A DNA stretch of 64,000 nucleotides from Azolla caroliniana (taxonomy: Eukaryota > Plantae > Polypodiophyta): positions 8,060,001-8,124,000 of the forward strand of contig JBHGNT010000013.1 in assembly GCA_043228905.1 (NCBI GenBank), given 5' to 3'. The translations under genes were made by a program, and so were the position numbers. A model generated the notes under the pieces. It did no database searches and had not been told where the DNA came from. It saw only the letters and a program-made list of their open reading frames with translations. Of this stretch, positions 36,647 to 46,708 are shown in pieces. The first letter of the stretch is position 1. Each line of letters starts with the position of its first letter.

Positions 36647-39638
36647 ATCTTTAAGTGAGTATTCTAGTTCATTAATTTATTCGTGTGTAATTGATCCTGC
36701 GGTTCAATTTTATTATTTTAATATTGACGCCACACAATTACCACATTTTGAGCAACGATTACTCGACTCTATTTTAGAGGATTTTCAAGATGTGTTTCCT
36801 ACTGAATTACCGCTTACTTTACCACCTAAACGTAATGTGGACCATCAAATTGAACTCATCCCTGGGGCTGCTCCTGTGAGCATTCCACCTTACCGACTTA
36901 GTCGATTAGAAGAGGATGAGATCGCTAAACAACTTAAGGAATACTTGAGTATGGGCCACATTAGGTATAGTAAATCACCTTGGGGTGCGCCAGTTCTATT
37001 AGTCAAGAAGAAGGAAGGTTCGTGGCGAATGTGTATCAATTATCGCCGTTTGAATAAAATGACAATTAAGAATGCATATCCATTACCTCGTGCCGATGAT
37101 TTGATTGATCGTTTGCACGGGGCTCGATATTTTACGAAAATGGACTTACGAACTGGTTATCATCAGATTCGCATCGCCGAGGATGATATTCCTAAAACCG
37201 CTTTTCGTACGCGCTATGGCCATTATGAGTTTTTAGTCATGCCGTTTGGGTTGACTAATGCTCCAGCCACATTCCAACAAGCGATGAATGATGTTTTCCG
37301 AGATCAACTCGGTGATTTTGTTGTCGTCTTCTTGGATGATATTTTGATATATAGTCGTACCTTGCAAGATCATGTTCAACATGTTCGATTTGTTTTGCGA
37401 AAGTTGCGTGACAACTCTTTCTATGCAAAACATTCAAAATGTGACTTCTTCCAAAAATCTATTGTGTACCTAGGTCATTTAATTACAGAAAATGGCGTTG
37501 AAATTGAACCTTCTCGTATTGAAAAGGTTAAACTTTGGCCCATTCCTCGTAATATTCGTGAACTTAGATCATTCTTAGGGTTTGTTGGATTTTTACGAAA
37601 ATCAATTCGTAACTATTCCAAATTGACTACGCCATTAACTGACCTTTTAAAAGGTCATCCACGTAAGTCTGTCAAACCAATTTCATGGAATGAACAACTT
37701 GACAAATCATTTGAGACACTCAAGGAGCATGTGTGTCAGGCTCCCACTCTTCTATTACCAGACCCTTCTAAGCCTTTCTCAATTGAAACCGATGCTAGTG
37801 ATTATGCTATTGGTGCCGTTCTTTATCAAGGTGGTCACCCTATCGCTTTTGAAAGTAAGAAGCTTGATGCTGCTCAATCTCGGTATTCGGTTCAAGAGAA
37901 AGAGTTGTTTGCGGTGATACACGCACTTAAAACATGGAGGCACTATCTCTATGGAAATAAATTTGTGGTTACAACAGACCATCAATCATTAAAGTATTTT
38001 TGTGACCAGCCCGATCTTGTTGGTCGTAAAGGCCGTTGGGCTGACCTTATGCAAGATTTTGATTTTTCCATACGATATCGCAAGGGTTCTATGAACACCG
38101 TTGCTGATGCTCTTAGTCGCATTAAAGAAGTTAACATGCTTAGCTTCACGGAAATAAAATCTGATCTTTTAGATCACCTTCGAGGGAAATACCTTGATGA
38201 CAGTTATTTCTCAAAATACTGGACGAAAGCCGAATCTGGTTTAGATGCCGATACTAGCACCCTACCCTCGAAGGCGACCTTTCACATTACAAACGGTTTG
38301 CTCTACCGTAGTGGAAAGGTCTGTGTTCCAGATTTACCAAATGTTAAACAGAAAATTTTTCATGAATGTCATGATGTACCATCTGCTGGTCATCCTGGAA
38401 TACAACGCACACTCGTTCTCATCTCGTGTACTTTTTTCTGGCCTAAGATGCGCTCTGACGTGCATAAATACGTAACTCAATGCTTACAATGTCAGATTAA
38501 TAAGTCGGAACGACTTAAAGCTGCTGGTCTTTTACATCCCTTAGATATTCCCAACAATAAATGGGAAAGTATCTCGATGGATTTTATTGTTAGTTTACCT
38601 CGTACACAGAGGGGTCATGATGCCATATGGGTTGTCGTTGACAGGCTAACAAAATTAGCTAGATTTATTCCTACAAAAACCACGGTAACCGCTCAACAGT
38701 TGGCTTATCAATTTGTTGATGAGTTATTTCGTTTTTATGGATTACCGATGGATATTGTTAGTGATCGAGATTCCAAGTTTACTAGTGACTTTTGGACTCA
38801 GGTCTTTAAGAAACTAGAAACTACGTTGAGCATGAGTTCCGCAGATCATCCTCAGTCTGATGGACAAACTGAACGAGTTAATCAAATTATTGAGGACATG
38901 CTTCGAGCTTATGTAGCAAAAACCCCTTCTAAGTGGGAGCAATACCTTCCTATCTTAGAATTTGCCTATAATAGCTCTAAACATACATCCACTGGATATA
39001 GTCCTTTTATGTTGATGTATGGTTTTCAACCACGTGCCCCAGTTGATGTCACGATTCATCGTGATACATTAGACAGTACACGCAATTTTTTGCAAGACAT
39101 GAACCAAATGTTGCATATTGCCAAAGAAAATGTCAAGACAGCTCAAGATCGTGCTCGATTTTATGTTGATCAGGATAGACGTCCTCGTGCATTTACTATT
39201 GGTCAAAAAGTTTTTTTGCGTGTCCCGACTGATTCTACGTCATTATCTACGGGCAAGTGCGCTAAGTTAGCCCCACGATATTGTGGCCCATTTGAAATCC
39301 TTAAGCGAGTTGGGTCATCTGCTTATCACCTTGCCTTACCTCGTAACGTTGGTATTCATCCTGTTTTTCACGTCAGTCGTCTAAAACCATTTTTAGGCTC
39401 TGGTGATAACACCATCACAATCCAAGATCTTGTAACATTAGAGGATTTTTCTTACAAACCTCATGTTCTTGAACGAATTCTTGATTCTTGTACTAAACGT
39501 TTACGTTCTAAAGAGATTCGGCTATTCAAGATCAAATGGATGGATAAACCTATTGATGATGCCACATGGGAACGCGAGCATTCGCTTAAGGCACAATTTC
39601 CTCACTTTATATTGCAAGAGTGCAATCTTTTGAAGTAG
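36552..39638 (+). CDS. Element E RT-RNase H-integrase-chromodomain
   Basis: 1028-aa open frame; FLDDILI, ETDASDYAIG, HDVPSAGH..CLQC, SDRDSKF, HPQSDGQTER, GPF, C-terminal IKW....DATWE. Confidence 0.96.
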   Translation: MIGLITQSHLNLIIVNIFQCSKLPSHSLVSSKSLSEYSSSLIYSCVIDPAVQFYYFNIDATQLPHFEQRLLDSILEDFQDVFPTELPLTLPPKRNVDHQIELIPGAAPVSIPPYRLSRLEEDEIAKQLKEYLSMGHIRYSKSPWGAPVLLVKKKEGSWRMCINYRRLNKMTIKNAYPLPRADDLIDRLHGARYFTKMDLRTGYHQIRIAEDDIPKTAFRTRYGHYEFLVMPFGLTNAPATFQQAMNDVFRDQLGDFVVVFLDDILIYSRTLQDHVQHVRFVLRKLRDNSFYAKHSKCDFFQKSIVYLGHLITENGVEIEPSRIEKVKLWPIPRNIRELRSFLGFVGFLRKSIRNYSKLTTPLTDLLKGHPRKSVKPISWNEQLDKSFETLKEHVCQAPTLLLPDPSKPFSIETDASDYAIGAVLYQGGHPIAFESKKLDAAQSRYSVQEKELFAVIHALKTWRHYLYGNKFVVTTDHQSLKYFCDQPDLVGRKGRWADLMQDFDFSIRYRKGSMNTVADALSRIKEVNMLSFTEIKSDLLDHLRGKYLDDSYFSKYWTKAESGLDADTSTLPSKATFHITNGLLYRSGKVCVPDLPNVKQKIFHECHDVPSAGHPGIQRTLVLISCTFFWPKMRSDVHKYVTQCLQCQINKSERLKAAGLLHPLDIPNNKWESISMDFIVSLPRTQRGHDAIWVVVDRLTKLARFIPTKTTVTAQQLAYQFVDELFRFYGLPMDIVSDRDSKFTSDFWTQVFKKLETTLSMSSADHPQSDGQTERVNQIIEDMLRAYVAKTPSKWEQYLPILEFAYNSSKHTSTGYSPFMLMYGFQPRAPVDVTIHRDTLDSTRNFLQDMNQMLHIAKENVKTAQDRARFYVDQDRRPRAFTIGQKVFLRVPTDSTSLSTGKCAKLAPRYCGPFEILKRVGSSAYHLALPRNVGIHPVFHVSRLKPFLGSGDNTITIQDLVTLEDFSYKPHVLERILDSCTKRLRSKEIRLFKIKWMDKPIDDATWEREHSLKAQFPHFILQECNLLK

Positions 39639-40118
39639 GGGAGTATGTTATGTACACATAACGTTGGTGAGGGTAGGTCACTAATATTTACATTAGTGAA
39701 GGGTATGTTCACTATTATTAAAAAGGGGACTAATGATTGGATAGAATGAATGATATGTGCATGCACTATCATGATTTAGACAACCAATGAATAGAGAGCC
39801 TTTTAGAAAGGCACATCTATTCAAGGGGCCTAGGAAAAGGGTATAAATATGAGGCTTAGCTACCCTCATAGGAAATCACGTCGGAAGGCTGCTGTCGTAG
39901 ACACCGGTGGTGCGGGCTAGGCTTTCGTCTCGACGATCGTGTTTATCTCTTCCAAGGTATTAGTCATCCTAATATCCGGCGGTATGGGACGTCAGTGGTA
40001 GGTTGGCTATGTCTAGATCATAGCTCGGGGGTGGTCGGGTGGAACGGGTTCTTCTATCCAATCTATTTTCTTCCTTTTTACTTGATTTGGTCTATTGATT
40101 AGTAATAGACTCTTAACA

Positions 40119-40324
40119 GCACGGGTGTGTGATTCCTCGTCGGGGCTGTCTGTATATCGTGGGTAAGGGTAAGGCACGGTATCGAGATCCGGGTCTTCAG
40201 GTAAAGTCAGAAAAGGGTTAGGGTCAGGTTGGGTGACCTCTGGAGGGTTTGGCGGGGAGGTCGGTGCGGAATCAACTCGCGACTGGGTATCGAGTGGCAA
40301 TGATTGCAACCAATGAGCCTCCAA
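40119..40324 (-). pseudogene. Element A gag N-terminal fragment
   Basis: DTVPYPYPRYTDSPDEESHTRA. Confidence 0.8.
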
Positions 40325-40460
40325 TAGTTCCTGGAAATTTTTTTAGTGACTACCGAGTCGGAAGTTACTTCAACTGGCTCAGTGCGTCCGACAGGTGGCC
40401 AAGACCACATGGCGGCTGGGGTTTGCCTCCTATGTAGTTCGATGTGACCTTACAACTGTA

Positions 40461-40473
40461 ACCGGGCGTGCCA
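40461..40473 (-). promoter_or_regulatory. Element A PBS (tRNA-Arg type)
   Basis: Minus strand TGGCACGCCCGGT, 5 nt after the 5' LTR. Confidence 0.8.
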
Positions 40474-40478
40474 AATTG

Positions 40479-40974
40479 TGTTAACCGTTTTTGGGGAAAC
40501 ACCTTCGATGAGCTTACATGCTATCGGTATCAAGGGATCGTGTTACATGGAAGCCTCTTCTACGCTGAGAAGACGATATGAGAACGAGGAGCGTACACGG
40601 GCTACAACCCGTTAGGCATAGACGTAGCTCGGTTGCAAGTATCGAGGAGAATACACAGATGAAGGAACAGTAAGAGTGAGATTTATATTAAATGAAAAGC
40701 TCACAGGGATTACAGTACACGACGCTCGGCCGGAAACAGGTTGTGCAGGGCTCAGTGCTACGATAGTAATCTTACTAAATAATCCATATCCTCCCCCTTT
40801 TGAGGTATGCATATCTCAGGTTATATAGTTTTCCTCTTCAGATAGAGCCGAGCCATCGGCTGATTGTGAGGGCTAAAAACTCGACTATTTCTAGTTCTAC
40901 CTATTTCCTCACCTACTATTCTACCTACTGGCGAGTTTACATAATGTATTTATATTTCTGGCCTATGGACAACA
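40479..40974 (-). repeat. Element A 5' LTR
   Basis: Repeat of 7920-8414; minus-strand CTATATAA TATA-like box near 40821-40828. Confidence 0.95.
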
Positions 40975-41437
40975 TCTATCTTTTCTAATCTATTCCAATC
41001 TACTATATAATCTAATATTGTCATGAACACATGACCATTATGGCGTCACCCGGACTTGAACCTCGAACCTTGTAATTCATACTTGAAAACCTCAACCATT
41101 AAGATAGCGTATTTGTTATATGAAACAATAAAAGCTACTTCTTGTATTACATTGATTATTGTAAAAACTCTAGATTATTCTAGAATGTTCTAGAATGTCC
41201 TAGAGCATTCTAGGTCTAGAACATTCTAGAACATTCTAGAAATCTCTAAGCTATTCTATAGGAACCTATAAATAAGCGCATACATGTATTCTCAAATCAA
41301 TTCGAATCAACACCAGTCTTTAGCTCTCATTACATATCTTGTATCCATTCTCTTTCTTTCTCTATCTTATACATCCATTCTTCTCTATCCTTCTTCCATC
41401 ACTCTATCTTTTATCCTTGGTTCTGACAGTTTGATTC

Positions 41438-41475
<38 letters not shown>

Positions 41476-41500
41476 CCTCCTTTGTAACCATCCTGAAACC

Positions 41501-42664
41501 ATGGCTGCCATTAACTCAGAAGAATATCTCACCCTTGTTGCAGAAATGGAGAACCTTAAATCCAAGTTCGCATCTCTTGAAGTAGAGAATCAACGTCTAC
41601 TTGGGGATCTACAAAAGGTTACTATAGAGAAGCAACAACAACAAGAGGAGTTCACGCGACGAGTGCAACAGTTAGAGTCGACAATCGTCGTGTTACAACA
41701 ACAAAGGGTTGAAGGTCAGGGACTTATCAAGGAGCCCAAAATTAGCCTCCCAGCTAAATTTGATGGGTCGAGGGCGCATTTCCGAGGTTTTTTGAATCAA
41801 GTACGGTTGGTGATTCAAATTCATCCCGCACGTTATCCAACAGATGCATCACGAGTCGGGCTAGTGGGCACTTTATTGATTGGCATAGCGTTGTCGTGGT
41901 TTGCTCCATTGCTAGAGACCAATTCTCCTCTACTAAATAATTTCGAGGAATTTATCAAGGAATTTAAGGCTTGTTTCGGAGATACTGATGGGGCGAGAAC
42001 AACTATCAACAAGATTCGTACACTTCGTCAAGGTGATCAACCAACTTCAACATATGCTGCCAATTTCCGTCTCATCGCAAGCGATATTCCTTGGGATGAA
42101 CAAGCCCTAATGGAGCAATTCCGTTTAGGCCTTCGTAGTGATGTCAAAGACTTACTTCTTACCTTCCCCGAGGATCCAAGGTCACTTACAGAAGCTATTA
42201 GTCGAGCAATACGGTGTGATAATCGCCTTTTTGAGTGTCGATGTCAGCGACAACAACAAATAACAAGATCTAGATTCACACCAACTTATGCATCAGTAAC
42301 GGCGCAATCATCCCCAAGGCAAATGTATAGCCCTGCTCCAACTGCAAGGCAAACATGTAGTCTAGTCCCAATGGATAGTCCTACACCCATGGAGATCGAT
42401 ATGACTCAACGACGAGGACCGTTGTCAGACGAAGAGAAGCAACGTCGTCGAGCAAACCATCTGTGTTTATATCGTGGAGGTCCAGGACATATAGCCATTC
42501 ATTGCTCCCGTAGGCCGAGACGTCAGGTAAATCAAATTCACTATGACAATAAAAATGAGTCCAACATTTTAGAAGTAGTTAGTGAATCTAATATTATGAT
42601 TAATCCACCCTTGTCCAATAAATTTGAAGTCCTAAGCCAATTAGAAGAGGAGTCAAACGAATAA
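41501..42664 (+). CDS. Element F gag
   Basis: 387 aa; EPKISLPAKFDG, LRQG, PTPMEID, decayed knuckle CLYRGGPGHIAIHC. Confidence 0.93.
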   Translation: MAAINSEEYLTLVAEMENLKSKFASLEVENQRLLGDLQKVTIEKQQQQEEFTRRVQQLESTIVVLQQQRVEGQGLIKEPKISLPAKFDGSRAHFRGFLNQVRLVIQIHPARYPTDASRVGLVGTLLIGIALSWFAPLLETNSPLLNNFEEFIKEFKACFGDTDGARTTINKIRTLRQGDQPTSTYAANFRLIASDIPWDEQALMEQFRLGLRSDVKDLLLTFPEDPRSLTEAISRAIRCDNRLFECRCQRQQQITRSRFTPTYASVTAQSSPRQMYSPAPTARQTCSLVPMDSPTPMEIDMTQRRGPLSDEEKQRRRANHLCLYRGGPGHIAIHCSRRPRRQVNQIHYDNKNESNILEVVSESNIMINPPLSNKFEVLSQLEEESNE

Positions 42665-45600
42665 GTCCGGCCAAAATAGGAGCCATTTGGTTGGACAACC
42701 CTAGATATGTACAACCTGGTGTGGGTTCCATTTCTTCCAAGCATGTTAGTAGAGTCTTCTCAGCCCTAGTACAAGTTAGGACACCCAGTTGTCAACTTCA
42801 AGTCCAAGCCCTCTTAGATACTGGAGCCAATTCTTGTTTCATGGATAGAGATTTTGCCCAAAAACACCAAATATCCTTGCATACACTTCCTTGTCCAATT
42901 TCCGTAGTAGTGATTGATGGACGCCCCATAGCTTCCGGGAAGATATTTGAAGAGTCTGAGCCAATACACATACTCTTGGGTGATTTAGGATGTGTAGTTT
43001 CCTTTAACATAATCCGTAGTCCTGAGCATCCAATTGTCCTCAGTTTGCCATGGTTCGAGCTACATAACCCTAGAATCGATTGGAGGAAGCGAGAAATTAG
43101 GTGCCCTTTAGCAGAAAATATCATTGTCAAGGATCGAACTCGGGATTATCCTCCCAAAGTATATAGTTCTACCGATGCACCATATCCTTCTCATCAAATT
43201 TCAGCCATCACATTGCAACAATTGCACCAAGTGGGAGGCAAGGAGGACCTTTTCTTATTTGCAGTATCAGTGACACCTTCTAGTGTCACTCAAGGGAATT
43301 CAGACATCCAAATTCCCAAAAAATATCAAGACTATGTTGATGTTTTCGACAAAGTCAAAGCCAGTGTTCTTCCAAAGCATCGGCCGTACGACTGTCCTAT
43401 TGATCTCCAACCAGGAAAAGAGCCCCCGTGGGGTTCGATTTACAATTTATCACCCACTGAGCTTGAGGTTCTTCGAGAATACATCGAGGAAAATCTTGCA
43501 CATGGGTTTATTCGACATTCAAAGTCTCCAGCTGGTGCTCCTATCTTTTTTGTGAAGAAAAAGGACGGCTCCCTTCGTTTGGTCGTGGACTATCGAGGCT
43601 TAAATAAAGTCACCATAAGGAATAGGTATGCTTTACCTTTAATCTCCAATCTCTTAGAACGCATTGGTGGGGCAAAGCATTTTACCAAAATTGATCTAAG
43701 GGGTGAATATAATCTTGTTCGAATTCGGCCAGGAGATGAGTGGAAAACAACATTTCGTACTCGGTATGGTCATTTCGAGTATACAGTCATGCCTTTCGGG
43801 CTCACAAATGCACCTGCCGTATTCCAACATATGGCAAATGACATCTTCCGGGATTTCTTGGATATTTTTCTAATCATCTACCTAGATGATCTATTGATTT
43901 ACTCTAAAACACAGGGGGAGCATGATATACATGTGCGGCAAGTACTTGAACGCCTAAGGAAGTATGGTCTTTACGCCAAACTTGAGAAATGCAGTTTTGA
44001 TTGCAAACAAGTCGAATTTTTGGGATACACTATTTCATCCCAGGGTGTTTTCATGGACCCGGCAAAAGTCCAAACAATATTGGAATGGAAACCCCCATGC
44101 TCAGTTCGGGATGTCTAGTGTTTCCTCGGATTTGTGAACTTCTATCACAAATTCATACATAATTATTCAAGCATTGTGTTGCCCCTTACTCAACTCACCA
44201 AGAAAAATCAAGCATTTTTTTGGAGTATCGAAGCGGACAAGGCTTTTACGCAGCTAAAAGAGGCATTCACATCAGCACCCATCCTAGCACATATTGATCC
44301 TGAAAAGCCATTTACTATTGAGGCGGATGCATCAGACATTGCATTGGGGAGTATCCTATCGCAACCAGGCGAGGACGGGCAGATACATCCAGTCGCGTTT
44401 CACTCGAGAAAGTTTACTGTTTCGGAGATAAACTATGAGGTGCATGACAAGGAGTTACTAGCTGTGGTCGACTCATTCGAGCAATGGCATCATTTTCTAG
44501 AAGGATCACCTCATCAGATTATTATTTATAATGATCACAAAAATCTCACATATTTTCAAACAGCTCGAGTATTAAATAGACGACAAGCTCGGTGGGCCCA
44601 ATTTCTAACGCGTTTCGATTTCAAGATCATTTTTCGCCCCGGAAAACAACAAGGGAAAGCAGATGCTCTGTCTCGGCGTTCGTATCTAGCACTTCGACCT
44701 GGAGATCCGGCCTTTGACAATCAAAAGCAAACTCTCCTCGGGCCATCAAAGCTACAGGTAACAACAATTTATGCCACACCACTTGATTCTACCCTTCTTG
44801 ACACTATTCAGCAACAACTTCATTCGGATGATTTTGCTAAGGATGTCTTAGCCCACTGTGGTTCAAGTCGTCCATCTTGCTCCACATTGCCAGGGTCATC
44901 TCAACATTATAAGGACTTCAAGTGGCAAGATGGTTTACTCTTCTACAAGAATCTCCTTTACGTCCCCGACGGATCACCCCGACTTCAAGTGTTGGAACAT
45001 TGTCATGATGCCCCCATGGCTGGACATTTTTGTATTTCCAAGACCATTGAGCTGGTGAAACGTTCGTTTTGGTGGCCTCACTTGCAAAAATTTGTCGAAG
45101 GTTATGTTCGCACTTGTGACACCTGCTGTCGCGCCAAAATACCCCGGCATCACCCTTATGGCTTACTACAACCATTACCCCCTCCCAACAAGCCGTGGCA
45201 GTCTATTTCTATGGATTTCATTACGGATCTGCCACCTTCCAAAGGCTTTGATACTATTTTAACAGTAGTGGATCGGTTCACCAAGATGGCACATTTTGTA
45301 CCATGTGTAAAGACCATCAATAGTGAAGAAACTGCAGATCTCATTATGCGTGAAGTGTTTCGCCATCATGGTCTCCCGAATGATATTATTAGCGATCGAG
45401 GTCCTCAATTTATCTCACACTTTTGGAAGCACCTATGGGCAGGCCTCAAAATCTCTTGCAAACTCTCTTCGGCTTATCATCCACAAACTGACGGACAAAC
45501 AGAGCGCACCAATCAAACGCTCGAGCAATATCTTCGATGTTTCATTAGTTATCAACAAGATGATTGGAGTAAAATTTTACATCTTGCTGAGTTTGCATAC

Positions 45601-46320
45601 AACAACACGGTCCACTCTTCTACCAAAGTTACACCTTTCTTTGCCTACACCGGCAACCACCCTCGATGGTGTATACTGGATCTTCCTGAGGTGTCACGAA
45701 ACCCTAGTGCGGCGCATCACCTCCACCGACTACAACAAATCCAATTCGAGTTATCGTCACATCTTCAGAAAGTGCAAGCACACCATAAGACCAATGCCGA
45801 TTGACATCGTCTTAAGTCTCCGTTTAAGGTTGGTGACCGTGTATGGTTGCTTCGTCGTCACATCAAGACTACCCGACCGTGTGCTAAGCTTGACTATCAA
45901 CGCTTATGTCCTTTTGTCATCACGGCGCAGATTAATGATGCAACATTTCGTCTTAACCTTCCTGCATATATGCGGCTTCACCCTGTCTTTCATAGCTCTC
46001 TTTTGGAACCTTGCCACACCTCTTTAATTCCTGATCGTGTCGTGCCACCACCGCCTTCTGTACAACTTGTGGACGGCCCCGAATACGAGGTAGCTGCTAT
46101 TCTTGATTCTAAGATTGTGCGCAATAAGCTTTATTATCTAGTTGATTGGCTTGGTTATCCTCCGAGTGATCGCACTTGGGAACCCATCGATAACGTTTGT
46201 AATGTTGAAGCTCTGGTCAACGACTTCCATCGTCACTATCCAAACAAGCCCGGCCCAACAATGTTAACGCCGACTTCCACTCGGCGTTCTCGAAGGAGGG
46301 ATAGTGTCATGAACACATGA
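42655..46320 (+). pseudogene. Element F pol (PR-RT-RH-INT-chromodomain) with two in-frame stops (44116 TAG, 45802 TGA)
   Basis: LLDTGANSCF, YLDDLL, EADASD, SDRGPQF, chromodomain EYEVAAILDSK..YLVDWLGY..TWEP; all three ORF pieces share one frame. Confidence 0.95.
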
Positions 46321-46708
46321 CCATTATGGCGTCACCTGGACTTGAACCTCGAACCTTGTAATTCATACTTGAAAACCTCAACAATTAAGATAGCGTATTG
46401 TTATATGAAACAATAAAAGCTACTTCTTGTATTACATTGATTATTGTAAAAACTCTAGATTATTCTAGAATGTTCTAGAATGTCCTAGAGCATTCTAGGT
46501 CTAGAACATTCTAGAAATCTCTAAGCTATTCTATAGGAACCTATAAATAAGCGCATACATGTATTCTCAAATCAATTCGAATCAACACCAGTCTTTAGCT
46601 CTCATTACATATCTTGTATCCATTCTCTTTCTTTCTCTATCTTATACATCCATTCTTCTCTATCCTTCTTCCATCACTCTATCTTTTATCCTTGGTTCTG
46701 ACAAATAT

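Larger units (their letters stand above)
33090..40118 (+). mobile_element. Element E: young, near-intact chromovirus (tRNA-iMet primed)
   Basis: 473-bp LTRs 33090-33562 and 39646-40118 with about 3 differences; perfect TSD GCACG; PBS TGGTATCAGAGC at 33564-33575; PPT GAAGTAGGGGAG at 39632-39643. Confidence 0.97.
7920..40974 (-). mobile_element. Element A: non-chromovirus Ty3/gypsy (Phygy-like) LTR retrotransposon hosting nested B, C, D and E
   Basis: LTRs 7920-8414 and 40479-40974 (TG..CA, about 95% identical by eye); TSD TCTAT at 7915-7919 and 40975-40979; gag, pol and extra ORF pieces are collinear on the minus strand once the inserts are removed. Confidence 0.93.
41019..46703 (+). mobile_element. 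Element F: full-length Tcn1-like chromovirus related to B
   Basis: LTRs 41019-41428 and 46305-46703; perfect TSD AATAT; PPT GAAGGAGGGATAG at 46292-46304; self-complementary PBS at 41431-41442. Confidence 0.97.
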
